From Catajapyx aquilonaris (taxonomy: Eukaryota), in NCBI GenBank assembly GCA_000934665.2, contig KZ538490.1, positions 1-64,000 of the forward strand: a stretch of DNA of 64,000 bases, given 5' to 3'. Shown piece by piece: positions 24,701-38,500 of the stretch. A program made the position numbers and the translations under genes. Every line of letters begins with the position of its first letter. Within the stretch, counting starts at the first letter, position 1. Below the pieces are notes generated by a model. The model made no database searches. It worked only from the letters and a program-made list of their open reading frames with translations, and had not been told where the DNA came from.

Positions 24701-27272
24701 AATGCGTTGCACAAGATGGCGATATCCGCTGCTCATAAGATTTGTAGGAGAAATGTTTCTGGCGATATACTAGAAGTTGTGGCATTAAAACAATATTGGC
24801 CAGTTATCCAACTAGCTAGCGGTCAGTTACGAGCTGCAGAAATCAGTCATGCACCATATGAGTTTAATGTATGTTTGAATTTCGCGGGGATGCTATTTTG
24901 TCATCTTGTGCCTCAAATAAAATGGCGGCGGAGTTTTGTTAGCTATGGGCGCCTATAGGCAAACATATCAGTCTAACAGTAGACTATCAGGAATTGGTAC
25001 TAACTTATAGGTGCTTCCAGACACGACTGTCAGACGAAATACGAGCCAAATTCAAAAGCTTACGTAATACTACATCACTCCCTAACAAAATGACCACTCA
25101 ATTGTTTGTAGCGTGAATATTGTAACATTACAAAGCTTGGTTTCGGTTCACCAATTTCGAGGCTCCGGTTGTTGTTTATCCGATTTCATATGAAGTTTTC
25201 TTATCAGTACTCGACGGACGTCGCTAAGCAGTCATTAATACCTGGTGTTACACACGGCATATTTATTGACATTTCTCATCCCGGTTCAGGGTTGCGTTCT
25301 CATCCAAGTTCACAAGCTGCCAGGGAGAAAAAAAAAAACAGCGAAAGAAGGCTAAAAACGATCCTATGCTAATGTGACATCTACCTAAGAAGTCCCGGGA
25401 GCCAGTTAGAGGGGATAATAAACTCTGGAGTATTCTTAATTCCCTACTACTGCAGCGATTTTGCTGGCGATGATGGCAAGGAACTGCAAGAAGGGGCGGG
25501 GGAGTGGGGTAGGGAGGAGGCTGAGCAATGACCTCCGTTAATTTTTGCCGGAAATTATAGCCGAAAATGAGCGGGTCATGCTTATTTTACAGCCGGTATA
25601 AAGCTAAGGGGGGTTTGAACCGAGTGAATAAAATGGGAACGGTTGTTGCCAACATATCTGGGAAAGACATTTCATGAGGTTTTTTAGCGAAATTTTTTTT
25701 GGGGGAGGGAAAGCGAATAGGCGCGATTGTCATCAGCTGTGGCTTGAGCTGAATAGCTTCGTGACACCGTTTTGAGGCGCATCATTGTTCTCGTGTGCCT
25801 GTATCGCTGTGTTTACCTTTGCAAACATGTGGGTAACCTTGGTGAGTTGTATTTTGCCTGCTTGAAATAGACGGGGCCACAAAAAGGAGCGGGTGGAGTA
25901 GGTTAGGGGGTGGTACTTTTTTTTATGCGAATAGGTCCAAATGCCAAGGCGTAATTGAATGACCCAACAATGGCCAGCTGTGTTTATATTTTCTAACTTG
26001 TATGGGCAGTGTCTTTAAAAGAATTCTGGCACGATCACTTAAATTGTTGAATAGTTTTGAAATTTTTGTATTCCTGAACCTGCACCATTTTTCTACTCTG
26101 CTGGACTTCTATTGGGTAATTCAATTGAATCCCACGTGTCGCTTGGCGAGCGTTAAATGTGGTGGAGATCACAGTCTACACCCTTTGGCACATTCCGACC
26201 AGACACCGGTTTTTCCTAGTGCACCACCCCTAACTCCTGAATGATTATTACCAATTTTAGGTGGAGGAATGCCATTTGTGCCGACTGCCAACAAATTGCA
26301 CCGCGAAGTAATTAGGAATTCTGGCCTTTGGGAGAGAGAGGGTTCGGCCGCGGTTGGGGGAATCTTGTGGCCATTTTTGCATTTGTCGTCACGTCCCGAA
26401 CATCCAAAGTATCGGGTGATGTTCTTGTAAAAAAAGGTCTTGTGTTATCTGTATTTGGCAGCGTCAAGTGGTAAACTTCGGAAGGAGTTTAAGATTATTG
26501 CGGTGTTTCTGTGCCATTGCACAGATAAACAGCTCCAAAGATGGAGCCTTATCTGGTTTATTGACACGGGCTCAAACCACGGTAAATCATGTTGCGGTTT
26601 TTGGCTGAAACGGAGCCAATCCTTCGGACAGATGAAAGAAGCTAGCTAGTCTAGCTATAGGGCCGGATAAGATTCTAGTAGTTGGGACTGGGCTCCCAAG
26701 ATGGCTCCTGTGTGGGAATGACAGTACGTGCTAGGCGGAGAAGGAGGGCTCCCAAGGCGACTTGAATATATGCCCCTGTCCATTTTATGGCTAAGCATTT
26801 TTCTAGGAAACTAGCTGTCGAAATCGACGATGTAATCTTACGGATTGGAAAATAATTGAACACCTCTTGGGACATGGGAAATAGAAAAGCAACGTGTTGA
26901 ACAGTTATTCATTTTTGATGCGATCTGGTGACAGTCTGTCAGTGTGGAGGATTTTTTTTTCCCGTTACTTTTTTGGGTGAGTGGGCTTGTGAAATAGGGT
27001 GTTACGTAACATGCGGGTAAATTTGTGGCGTCATAATTGGGGGGAATACGGTGGGAGTTTTTGACGTTGCAAAATTAATGCCACGTACATGACTACTGTC
27101 GCACAAATGTGGCTTGCGAGTGGTAAATGGACAGGACTTCATAATGTTGCGTAACTCAGCATTATGCTGCCTTTTCTGCGTTATTAGTCAACTATTTTTT
27201 ATACGGAAATCTGATCTGATGACTAATTATGAATTTACAATCACCCTATAAACAAGTTGACTCATGGCCTAG

Positions 27273-27554
27273 GTAGTAGTTACCGTATGAAGACCTCGGG
27301 AGAAAAACGATCAAGGTCCACCTGAGGTGAAACTGAGATAATCCAATTTTAAATTTCGAAGGCCCATAAGGTTCCATTGTAAATCCCACTTTCGGGGCCT
27401 TCCTTAGTGACCTATGATCATTACTCCACAACCACGACCAAACCACCATATTATACACTATAGGGAAAGTATCTTATGAGATATATAACTCGTTTTTGAC
27501 AAAAAGTGGCCCTTGATATTTTCCCCCCCGAGGTCTTCACATAGATTCTACTAC
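27273..27554. mobile_element. Degenerate MITE-like element with 49-bp inverted repeats
   Basis: 27273-27321 versus reverse complement of 27506-27554: 37/49 identical without gaps, including a perfect tgaagacctcggg core. Confidence 0.6.
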
Positions 27555-30500
27555 TGTCCTCTAATTGTTGAAAGAGGAAAGTCGAGGAAAGTAGTATAGC
27601 GCCCTGGTGGACTTTGTACGCGCAGTGACTCATCACCAACGTGCATGTAGTACTATTTTCTCCCTGAGAGTGGCAGGAGTGTGCAGAGGGAGGGCCTATG
27701 TGCCAACTGGCAGTGGCCTATCGTACTACGTCCAAGTTGGGGGTGGGCCAAGCAGTGAGTTGCCAAAATTTGGCAACGGATCGGCTACTAGTTATTGATA
27801 ATCATATAATGTCCATGTTCTGGCTCAAGAATTGCAGTTACAACCGAATTGTGAATTTTTGCACTGTTTATTTTTTAAATAGGCCCTATATTAATATAAC
27901 AGGTATTCTGTTTCGAGCTGTATATTGTATGCGGAACTAAGAATATTAATTCCGACCTCTGCCGTCTCGGCCAGCCCTTAATATATGACAAAACCGACGC
28001 AACTTGAAAAAAAAAACAACCCGCGGGCGGTCAGGTCTTCAAAATTTCGGTAACCAAATTACAAGCGATTTAGAGCTAATGCACCGAGCACGTGCCCGCG
28101 ACATGGCCAAGGCTGTCAGGGCTCGGCCGAGGGGTTGTCTAGATGCATTTTAGGAGCATGAAATATGTATGTGGGTCCGTTCCTTGCACGTTAATCTTAA
28201 CGCTGACGGGCACATGGGAGCCAAAGGAGCACAATGCCGGTGGGGCTGTCATTCTGCCAAGAACCAGAGGCCATCTATGGAGAAGGGTGGGAGGGTAAGG
28301 GGGAGTAAAAAAAGGGGGGAAGACGGGGAGGGATATGGCCTGGACCCTTGCACATTTTATAAGGCAAGATGGACAGTCTCTTACGTAAGAGGGTGTCAAC
28401 AGAGAATTATAGCAGGTTGTAAGTGCGCAAACATTCCACGTGACCAGCTGTACTCTCTCATGCAAGACGTTCGCTGTACGTGGAAAATCTTTCGTGCTAT
28501 TGTATACACCAGTAAGGTTCTGCTGGTGGCACACCCTGTAGTCTGCCAGACAGCTACATAGGGTTGGTGTCAACAGAAAAACACTGCATCTCTTATTGGG
28601 AAGGGTGTATACAAACCGGGGGTGGTTCGTTGGTGTGTCCTGGAGCACTGGAAGGGTGGGGGGGTTGCACGGGGTGGGATGGGGGAAGGATAACAAAACT
28701 CCTTCAGGGGAGTAGTATCCCGCGGGATTCGTCGGGAATTGCTTGACGCGATTAGGAGTTGGCAGCAGACTTTCCCTCGTCGCAGTCCCCTACGCCTGAC
28801 TTGATGTGCCCTGTCTTGGGAACAATGCCGGTGTTGCCTGGCACACAAAGACCGGTTTGTGCTTGGTGAGGTAGTTCGCCGGAGAGGTCGGTTTTTGCGA
28901 TGGAAAAAAAAAAGAAGAACTGAGGGGGGATTGTTTGGATTGGGGGATGTTTGTACCAAGGGAAAGGAAGTCAGGATTTGTACATGCAGTAATTTGAATA
29001 TACCCTGGGGAGGGGGGGTGGAGATTTTTTTTTTGAGATTAATGGTTCCTTTTCTGATACTGTATGTACGTCTCGACGGACCGTAAAATTCCTGGCGTCG
29101 AGGGTTTTCGGAATGCAAGTGTGCGGAGAGCAGTTGACGGAGTGGGGTTCTTTTCATCGGTGGAATTGTGGGCGGGGTGAGGGCTTAACAGGGGAGGAGG
29201 GGAGGTTCAAATGAGATTGACGTCTGTGCCAGGATGGGAAGGGTATAAGGCCAAACCCTCGGCCTCATTTGGAAGGGTCAGAGTTGATGCTATAGCCCAG
29301 GAGACTTTGTCCAGGAGAGGATCCCCTGAAACGCTGTACGATATGGTCGCTGAAATGTTAGTAAAAGTGTTGCTGCCAGGTTCTTGGCCATTAGCTGCTG
29401 TTAATAGTTTGAATGAACACCCTGCGTGTAAACAGGTGCAAACAAATTGTAAACAATTGTAATTTATGAGCGTAAAGCATTACGAGTGAGCTATTTGGCG
29501 CCATTGGCATCAGGGATCACTTTTTTTTGTCAGGCGTGGGCCGTAGATGATGTATCCGTGTAATGTAACATTAGTAGATAAACTGTGCCTTAAATTTCGT
29601 GCCTTGTTATAATTTTCTGACATTAATTTTTGTGCAGTTTTTATACATTTTTGTGCAGTTGACAGATATTCAAAGTAAAAGACAATGTCCGTATGTTTTT
29701 AGCCAGAATGACTTTACGCCTCCATTTTGTCCGATGTAACCGGAACCCCGGCGCAATAAAGCCAGGAACAAAATGATTTCCCCCCGCTTAGTGTACAGTA
29801 CAGTGGGACTAAGCACCTGCAAGTCAACTGGGTGCCAATGGAGTTTCATTGTACGACTTGGAAAACAAAGCGTAAAAGTGGAAAGCAGTGTTTGGAAACA
29901 GTACCAGATATCTAGCCGGGCCCCGGTGCGCTTGCCAGTCGGGGAAAACTGCCGATCCAATCCTTGGATTTGACGCTCTGTCATAGCATTTGCCTGCAAA
30001 AACCTCTGGGTAACACCGCTGCAGATAAACCCATTTACATACAACTTGTGCGCTTACATATGCTGGGGGAAATTCGGATATGAAGCGGTGTGTGCGGGGG
30101 CCTGTAGGATTTATCCTATTGCATAAATAGTCGGGGAGAGACACCACACACACACAGAGAGAGACTAGATATAGCAAAAGCGTGTAGGGGGGTTGGGTAG
30201 GGGGTTGTGTGCTGTTGGCACAGGCTTGTTTTGGATGGGTGTTGCCATCCCAGGGCCTATAGTAAAGTCGAAATTCCGAAATCCAATCCGTCCCCTCCGA
30301 ACGGATATGCCTTTGCCTTTGTGCATACCTGGGCAAAGAATTAGCCGATTCGCGAGCAGAGTCAGGTTGGAATTTGGCCTGGGGGCCAAGGCGGGGGATT
30401 TGAAAGCATGCAGGTAGCTTTCATAACTAAAACCCGTTCGATAATGGGCCGGCAAATGACATTCTTTTGGCATTTTCGGGACGTCGCGATGAAATACTTC

Positions 30501-31480
30501 TCATAGTTGCGTTTGGTTTGACAAACAAAACAGCGAGGGGGATGCTGGGGGTGAGGGGGGTTTGCAACAGAGTGGGGGCAGATGGGGATGCATATTAAAA
30601 TTGTATTGTATTCACCTTCAGGTGATTTTCCTTTATCAGCTTTTTTTTCCCCTCTCTCTTCCCCGGTGCTCTTCTATATGTGTGTTTTTTTTCTTTGGCG
30701 GTTTAAAAAATGACGTTCCGGCTGAAATTAATTCATAGCGCTTTCCTGTCCCCGAGTGACTGAAATATTTCATCCCTGGCAGAGGTTTGCGATAAAGGAG
30801 AGCGCGGGTGATTTACTATGGCTGTGTGTTGTCATCGCTCATTGAGCATTCAGGCTTGCAGTCGCGGGGGCCCAGCCACTGATATTAACGTCGGCCCGCA
30901 TTGTACAGGGGGAGACGAGTGAGACTAGTCAAGAAGTGAAGGAAAGGTTTAAAAAAAAGTGTTGTTATTTTCATGGCATTGTGCAATACTATGTGGTCTG
31001 TATAAATCAGAGATGACTTTCACATATGTCTGTGCAATACTTGTTGACGGATGGATATGCTTATGACATGCGTAGAACTATGTTGCCATCCTGGAATCCC
31101 AACGAAGCCAAAAGGTCAGCGTCTTTGGCGAGCAATTTCGAGTAGAATGCAGAAAATAGTCTGCGGTTTTCCACGCGGTCAATTATGAGAACAGGGTTTG
31201 CAATGTTGCATGTGAGGGTCAGTCGGGATGGGACAGTCCTGGGAGTGGCAGTCGCTTGGGGGTGTAGTATATGTAGGAAAATGGGGGTTGAGGGGAAGTG
31301 AGGTCTGACTCATGAAAGCTCACGAGCAGACTTGCGGGTTCCCCTCTCCTTTTTTTTGGTTTGTTTTTAGAAGCCCTATGAGTCCTCCACCATCCCCGGT
31401 GACTCGCTCATTGTGAATGGGAAAAAACTGAGTCAGAGTGACCTTTTTGCATGTGTGGGAAATTGCGAAAATAGGACTCG

Positions 31481-31486
<6 letters not shown>

Positions 31487-31516
<30 letters not shown>
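31487..31516. repeat. (AG)15 microsatellite
   Basis: Directly visible. Shorter GA/CT tracts also near 11579, 38890, 50902, 56035 and 61093. Confidence 0.95.
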
Positions 31517-31519
<3 letters not shown>

Positions 31520-32519
31520 GGGAGTCGTTTTGTGCACGCGGATCCCGACACTTTTGGGGGATGAATCCGAGCCTCCCGGCCTGCGCGCCTAATTTCCGCG
31601 AGTTAATTTCGTTGCCCATCAAAAGGAGGTTAATAGGGCTAGTGATTGTTGGGCACGCTTAATAATTCATTTGTGCGAGGCATTATAGATGTCGAACTGA
31701 ATTTATGAGCGGGCGGAGCAGCAAACGTGGCGCCGTATTCGCTTACCGTAACCCATGCAAAAGTCAGTCCGTATACTGCACATGTATCATGGCGGTAAGC
31801 GTTGCAACTTATAACGTTCTAAGGTGTGGAAAATATATTCTGCTAGAAATGATTTTGGATTGAAAATAGCTTTTTAAATGTCACTAATACTATGATATTA
31901 GTCTACCTTCAAATATAGTCAGCGATTTCACGTCGGTGGTAAGGAAGGCCGTGAATGGGATGTAATTGTTGCATTTTGACTTCTTCTGCCATCATTTTGC
32001 GACCGCCTTGTCCGTCTCTCCTGATCCGAAATGGAGCAAAATATTGCAGCTGTTTTCAGAAGACGATTATTTTATTACATCGTAATTGAGGTTACCTTGC
32101 GTCTCCTCCATTGCTGCCTACCCTTGTATGAAAAATGTCATATGAGTGCGTGCATGGGATAGTGTTTTGGGTGATGCGAAAGGCCATCAAGAATTGTTAA
32201 AAATTACTGTATTCTTTGCGGTACTGTAGTTTAGCATGTTATAAATTTGATTTGAAAACATCATGCAATTTTGCATAATCACAATTACGACCGCTTGCAC
32301 CAAGCAATTACGTTACGTGGCTAGTGTCAACAACACAATTCCTGCACCTGTTGCTATACATATTTTGTAAGAATTACCTTTTGGATGTATAATCCGCCTC
32401 TGAGAACCGGTTTTATCAGTCCAAATTAAGGAGAAAATATCCGATTACGTATTGGGAACATATAATTGGAGATTCCGCTTTATATGTGTTGATACAGCTA
32501 ATAGGCGCCCTGTTATGCC

Positions 32520-32520
<1 letters not shown>

Positions 32521-32600
<80 letters not shown>
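32521..32600. repeat. (TAT)n microsatellite, 80 nt uninterrupted
   Basis: Directly visible. Confidence 0.98.
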
Positions 32601-32601
<1 letters not shown>

Positions 32602-35074
32602 ATCCGGCAGGTTAACGACCGTATGTTGTCCCTAAAACGTCCGGATATTGCCGGTAACATTGGAACGTGTACGGGGACTGTGTTGGGCATCAAGGGGAGG
32701 GTGGGACCCAAACATAAACGGACCCAAAGCATGCAAATGAAATTATGCAAAATCACGTGTGAGCATATCGGGGTGTGGGGAGAGAGAGAAGCTGACATTG
32801 GTGCAGGCAATTCCGTGTATGTCGGGTGTGTGGGGGCTGCGGGGGGAATTCCATTTCCTCTACCACTCATGGAGAAGGGTGGGTTGGTGGGACGGAAGGG
32901 GGGGTTGGGTGTTTTCGATGCCAGGCACTTTGTTGTTGTTGTCGGTGGCGGGAGGCGCCGCTTCCTCGTGCCATTAGCTTCAATAAATCCCTCAATGAGA
33001 CGCGGGAGGGACATTAAAAGGTATGGCCAGCCGCATTTTCCCAACGTTACGAATCACTTGGCACTTAATCCTACTCCTCAATTCCCTCTGACAACTAATT
33101 ACGTTTGTGCCAGTCGGCTTGAGATTTTGAACGCGACTGGCCCATTTTTCTCCGCCTATCCTGGCAGGTACATTGAATAGGCCTACTGTTAGGCTTCAGG
33201 GGGGCTACTAGGAAACGGGGGAGCGTCTCTTCCCATTTTTTTGTTAATGCCTTGGGGTCGTACTCAATTATTCAGCCAGTCCCAACATAAAAGTATCAAA
33301 AAAAAGGGAGAAAACTCGATGAAAAATTGAAGCGAGTTGAAGTTTTCCTCCTTTTAAAAGAATAAAAGAGTAAGAAAAGGGGGGACTGCTGGAGAATTTG
33401 TGAATAATGGACTTGGAGAGGTCCAAAGGGGGATGCCAGATATGGATAGATCGCGGAACTAGTTATGTCACTCCTGTATGAACAACAGCGCATTTTTTTA
33501 GTCAAGGCGGACTTATCGCACTTGTAAAAAAAATGATTGTAACTTACCAGGCAGTAACTGATGGAACGCAAACACCATTACTATTGCGAGTGAGTGATAG
33601 GTGAAAGTAATTATTCGGCTGTCAGAAAAGAGCGAAGGCTAGTTTCCGGCCATTGCAAGGAGTCGACCTTGACTTTATCCTAGATAACGAAGGCAACTTC
33701 TTCGCCTCTTCTGTCTTGCAAGAAGTGTGGTTCTCAGGGGTAAAACTGCCATTTCTTCCATCTGCTCCGGAAAAGCTGAAATAGAACACGCTGTACTTTG
33801 TGAGTATGGTAAAGAATAGTATGTAGGCCTAACTTTGAATTAATGCATACTGTGCATCATGGTTGTTCATATTTGGTCATGTGGGCGGGTAGGTGGGGGA
33901 CTCTATTTTTTTCGCTCCTCAGTTGGTTGCACAATCTGCCAGTGTCCACCAACTTCCGTTGCCAACGGTTTTGGTCCCGCAGTACAGAACGTGGCTCTAA
34001 TACTCGATGTCATGCTTCGGTTGCACCATTTAACCGAAAAACTGCACTTACACATGGGTAGCGTCATGGGTATGGTTGGTGGGGGAAAAAAAACCCCGGT
34101 AGTTTCAAACCCCTTACAGGACGCGGGTTGGAATAAACCTGAGGCTGTAGGATTCAGGGTGGGGGTGGGGGGGGGGAGAGTGAAAAAAATATTTAGTTAT
34201 TTAGGGACTAGGGTGATAGCTTTCATCCCCAGGCCATCCAAGTAAAGTGATAGATAGGATCCGGTTTCTGAGCTTTAATTAAGCTTCAAACCTGGGGAAA
34301 TAATTTTCCCGCGGTATTTTTTAGCCCTCCAACCCCCCCCCCCCCCCTGCCCGCTCCCTCCTCCACTTTTACCGCCATCAAAGTCCTTCAGAGCGTGCGA
34401 TCAGATTCTAGGATATAGAATGTATGAATATCCAATTACGCGTAGTTTATCGTCGTCAATATTGCAAAAAGGGAGGAGGGAAGAGATTTTTTTTGCAAAA
34501 TTTAGAGGGCCGTATGTGACCGTCTAAACATTGCCTGAGGGCACGAGTTGAGGCGAAGGTTTGTTTAACGTCGCTGGGGAAGCATATTTTGGGACAATAA
34601 AACAACAGGGCCAGTCGACCATTTCGAAAAGGAGGTGACGGCGGGGAGAGGAGGATGGTGGTGGGGTGGGGGGTGGGATGACGTCAGTTTGGGTAGCATG
34701 TGTGTTGTCCCCCCTTCTCATTAGAAAGGGCGGACATCAATCTTCAATCATAATAGTTCCCTCCTACCCTCCATGTGCCAGCCCCTCCTCACCTCCTGTC
34801 CCCAACTCTCTGCGCCCCATTTCACCACGTCCGGAGTAGGGAATTTATTTCCATTAACAAGCCCAAGTTGCCTCGTAGGAATGAATTCCCGGCGTAACGT
34901 CTGGTAATCAGTAGGTGGTGACAACATTTCATTTGGTCCGAATGTAGCAAAACAATGATGGCGGCCTGCTTTCTCTTTAAAGGCCATCTGAAGGGCACGG
35001 GGAGCCAGATGCAACCTGACCCTTTGCATATGTTCATAATAATAATAACAGCAATTCATATGGAAGCATTATTA

Positions 35075-35500
35075 CACATGAATCCGGATATAACAGCCTC
35101 GGATAGAACAGACTCGAAAGGCCGGTCCAGACATACTTTCATAAGGCTCTGTATTTTACTCCGGATATAACAGACTCATTTTCACCTCACAGTGGGTATA
35201 AAATACCTTTTTTTGGCCCCTTGAAGGGAAAATATGCTTTCTCTGGTATAAGATTTGCAAAAAAGAGTCGGCAGAAGAAAATGTCGTGTTTTTTGTCCTG
35301 CATAATCTATGGGTTAGCTAATATTGTATTGTAGTTTTGATGGATTTCATTAGCCAGTGCGTAGTAGTGTGCATTTTAGGCACATGGAAGGCGGAAAACT
35401 TTGTATTCGTTGCAAAAGTGACGATTTGGCTATAACAGATCCCGGTTATAACATACTTTTTTCATGGTCCCTTGAATTCTGTTATATCCGGATTCAACTT
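35075..35500. mobile_element. pogo/Tigger-like non-autonomous DNA transposon (MITE)
   Basis: Perfect 18-bp inverted repeat tgaatccggatataacag (35079-35096 / 35479-35496); TA at 35073-74; subterminal repeats of ggat(a)taacag; ggtcc motifs near both ends, an architecture typical of pogo/Tigger-type elements. Confidence 0.7.
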
Positions 35501-35546
35501 TGTTGTTGTTGTTGTTATTTATTTATTTATTTATTTATTTATTATT
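35500..35546. repeat. Compound (TTG)n-(TTTA)n simple repeat
   Basis: Directly visible, abutting the right end of the pogo-like MITE. Confidence 0.9.
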
Positions 35547-38500
35547 AATGCACAGGGCTCTCCACCAACCACTGTCAGTGATTGTGACCCGTGTTATCCA
35601 CATGGGTAGAGAAAGAGGGCAGAAATGCCCTGAATAATTCACTTGGTAATGCAGTGTACAAATGAAATATGCACGTGCCAACGAAATGGAGGGAGGGAGG
35701 GGGGGAAGGAGGGAAGGGGGGGGGAGGCGGCTTAATGATGCGCAATCAACCTATATACTTTTAACTACCTACCCCTGGGGTTGTGCAAGAGGAGCAGGAG
35801 TCGTCGCATATATGATAAAAGTCTGCGGAGACCATAGCGTGCGGCAAGGTCGTCTTCTCTCCAAAACGACTATCCTCGGTAGTATTACGTAAGTGGCTAG
35901 CACAGTTCTGCCCTGGGAAAGGTAGAGTGAGCGCCCAGCTTTTGAAATATTAAAACGCGGGGCCAGAACTGAGCACGTACGGCACACACACATGGTATAC
36001 ATGCACACACAAACAACCCCCTCTCTCGGTTGACACACTAGTGCATGTCCACGAAAAACATTATTACGTTGCACAAAAGGGGATCGGTCAGTCTTTCCCG
36101 TTGCCATCACAAACCCTCCCCATATATTTTTTTAGCCTTCCCCCACAGTTAGGCCTATATACACGTGTTGCAATTAGCGGCTTTTGATATTACGCTTGGG
36201 AGCTTGCAATTGCTAATATCATATTATTACATGGCTTGCGGTGTAAGGGGAGGCAGAGCGCTTTACAGTCCACGTCAATCCCTTCAAGGGCCTGGTAATT
36301 GTGAGTTTTTTAAAAAAACGCGATTTTTTTTTAAAAAAACACAAATATTCGAGCCCTCTTTAGAATTATTAAACGAGCAATTTTTGTACAAGAATGGTTC
36401 CATTGTTCTGGGTGATTAATTAACCGGTTCCGAGACAATTTTTAGGGCGTCAAAAAGGTGTTTGTCTTGCCAGGTTTTTAAAAAGAGCCCTAATTAATTA
36501 TTAATGACCTATTCAGCCCGCGTTCCCTTATTTTTTCTATATAAAAAAACGCGTTGTTTAACCTCCTGCCTCGTGGTCAAGGGGATCCAATTTGAATCTG
36601 CAGTTTGCTTCTCAAATGGTCCGTGCCCCGAGTAAAGGTTGTCCAACTTTACCACAAAAAAAGAACCAGGGGGGTAAGGACGGAGGAGGAGGCAGGGGGA
36701 GGGGTTGGGGGAGGGGGTTTGAAGAAAAATACCCCCGTATAGGCCCTGGCCTGAAACCAATCTCTGGCCTGCTGCCAGCATCACGTCGTCATCTCATGCA
36801 GAAAGACGCTAAAGAGAGATTATTCCAAACCCTGAGCGTTTTCCTATCTGATTGAGAGTCGTGGTCTACATAATGGGTGGAAGGGCCTGTGTTGGACACC
36901 TTGCCCTCCCCATACCCCCCTCCTCCTGCTTTTCTCCTACCCCTACTTTCTCCTCCTCTTTTTAATTATCTCCATTGGCTGCTTGTAGGGCCCCGGCTAG
37001 GGCCTGGTTTGCCCTGATAAGACTCGGGTTCTAGGGAGATGATGGAGCCTCCAGAGACAAGAGGGAGAATGCATTGATATTGCCGCTTGAGTTGGGAATT
37101 TTGCAAGCGAAGGAGGTGGGTGGGGTGGGAGGATGGGGGAGGAGGAGGAAAAAAAAAGAAGGAAGAGAAGAGATGCGGCGGAGGCTCGACGGTGATTGGA
37201 TAATGGACTGGTAGTATCCTACCAGCCCGTTATTTTGGTTCTCCTTTTTTTGGGGAAGGTTGCCCTGGCTCTGGAGATAAACAGGCTCTTTGGAGGAGGA
37301 ATTAGCGGATAAAGAGGCGGTATTCTGTGAGGGGTAACAGGGCAGTAAGATTCAGAAGCACGCGTCTGCTTTGGAGTGGATGTTTGCTCCCACCACGTCC
37401 TATTCCAACCCCCCCCCTTTGCTAACGAAAAAAAAAGAAGGACGAGGGGGAAAAAAGAGGGCACGTTTATAGACAGGAGGTCTATTATGCTGACCTTTGC
37501 CTACTAACCTCTGGTTAATTGGATGATGAAGAAATTTGTAATTAATAACATGTGTTTGCCAGTCTCATTTTATGAAGTATGGAATAGGGCAGGGGAGGGA
37601 ATACTGTTTGGCACGAATAGGGACACAACTTAATATGGGGCCACTGGCTCATTATGTGGGCTAAGTCAGAATTTATTAAAAATTGTAATATCAGAATATT
37701 GTGTTGGGTAACAATGTCAGTGGCAAGCAGTTTCCGCTTACTTTTCTCCAGCTGAAATCGGTTCCTCTAAGAGCAGCACAAAGCCACAGCAGCGGTTGGA
37801 CCGAAGTCAAAAGCCGCCAAATTTATGGATGGACCCCAACGTCTGGGACACTGGCTCCTTTTCTGGGGAAAAATATTTTGTACGGAATACCTGGCGGCTG
37901 AGAAGGAAGGGGGGGGGGGGGNGGGGGGGCGCTCCGAATTTGGCAGGATGGGGGGTTTCAAAAAAGGCGAAGAGTTGCCCTTGGAAAAATCCCCGCAGCC
38001 GGCAGTTCCGTTCGCGTGGCTCGACAGGAAATTTCGGTGAATGGCGCACCCCCCTGTGGCATTGTGCGGGAGGCTTGTCCAGCAGGCATGTGCACGGCTC
38101 TAATTAAAAGTTCAACTTTTTCCAACATGGTCACGTAGGCAGTTTTCCCCATTCAGGGGCTTGCGGGGAGGTGGTGGGGGAAAAAAAGGCGGTGAGGAGG
38201 CGAAAAGGGGGGGGAGACCCTCCACAAAAGGCGCAAGGCAAGAGAGGCCGGAAGTCATTGAAGGTGGGGTGAGGAGGTTGGGGAACTCGAATCTGCGCAC
38301 ACGATTAGTTTTCTGGAAAGTGTGGCCAAGAAAATGGTGGGGATTATGGTAAAGTTTGTGAGGGGAGCTTGGATTTCAAAATTCGCAGGTTGAATGCAAA
38401 ATGAAATGCACAGGGTGTCTCAGCAGACCCATATGATCACAAGTGGCACAGTTGCATCCTGTCCACTGCAAACATGGCGACAAAAGAACCCTGATGCAAT

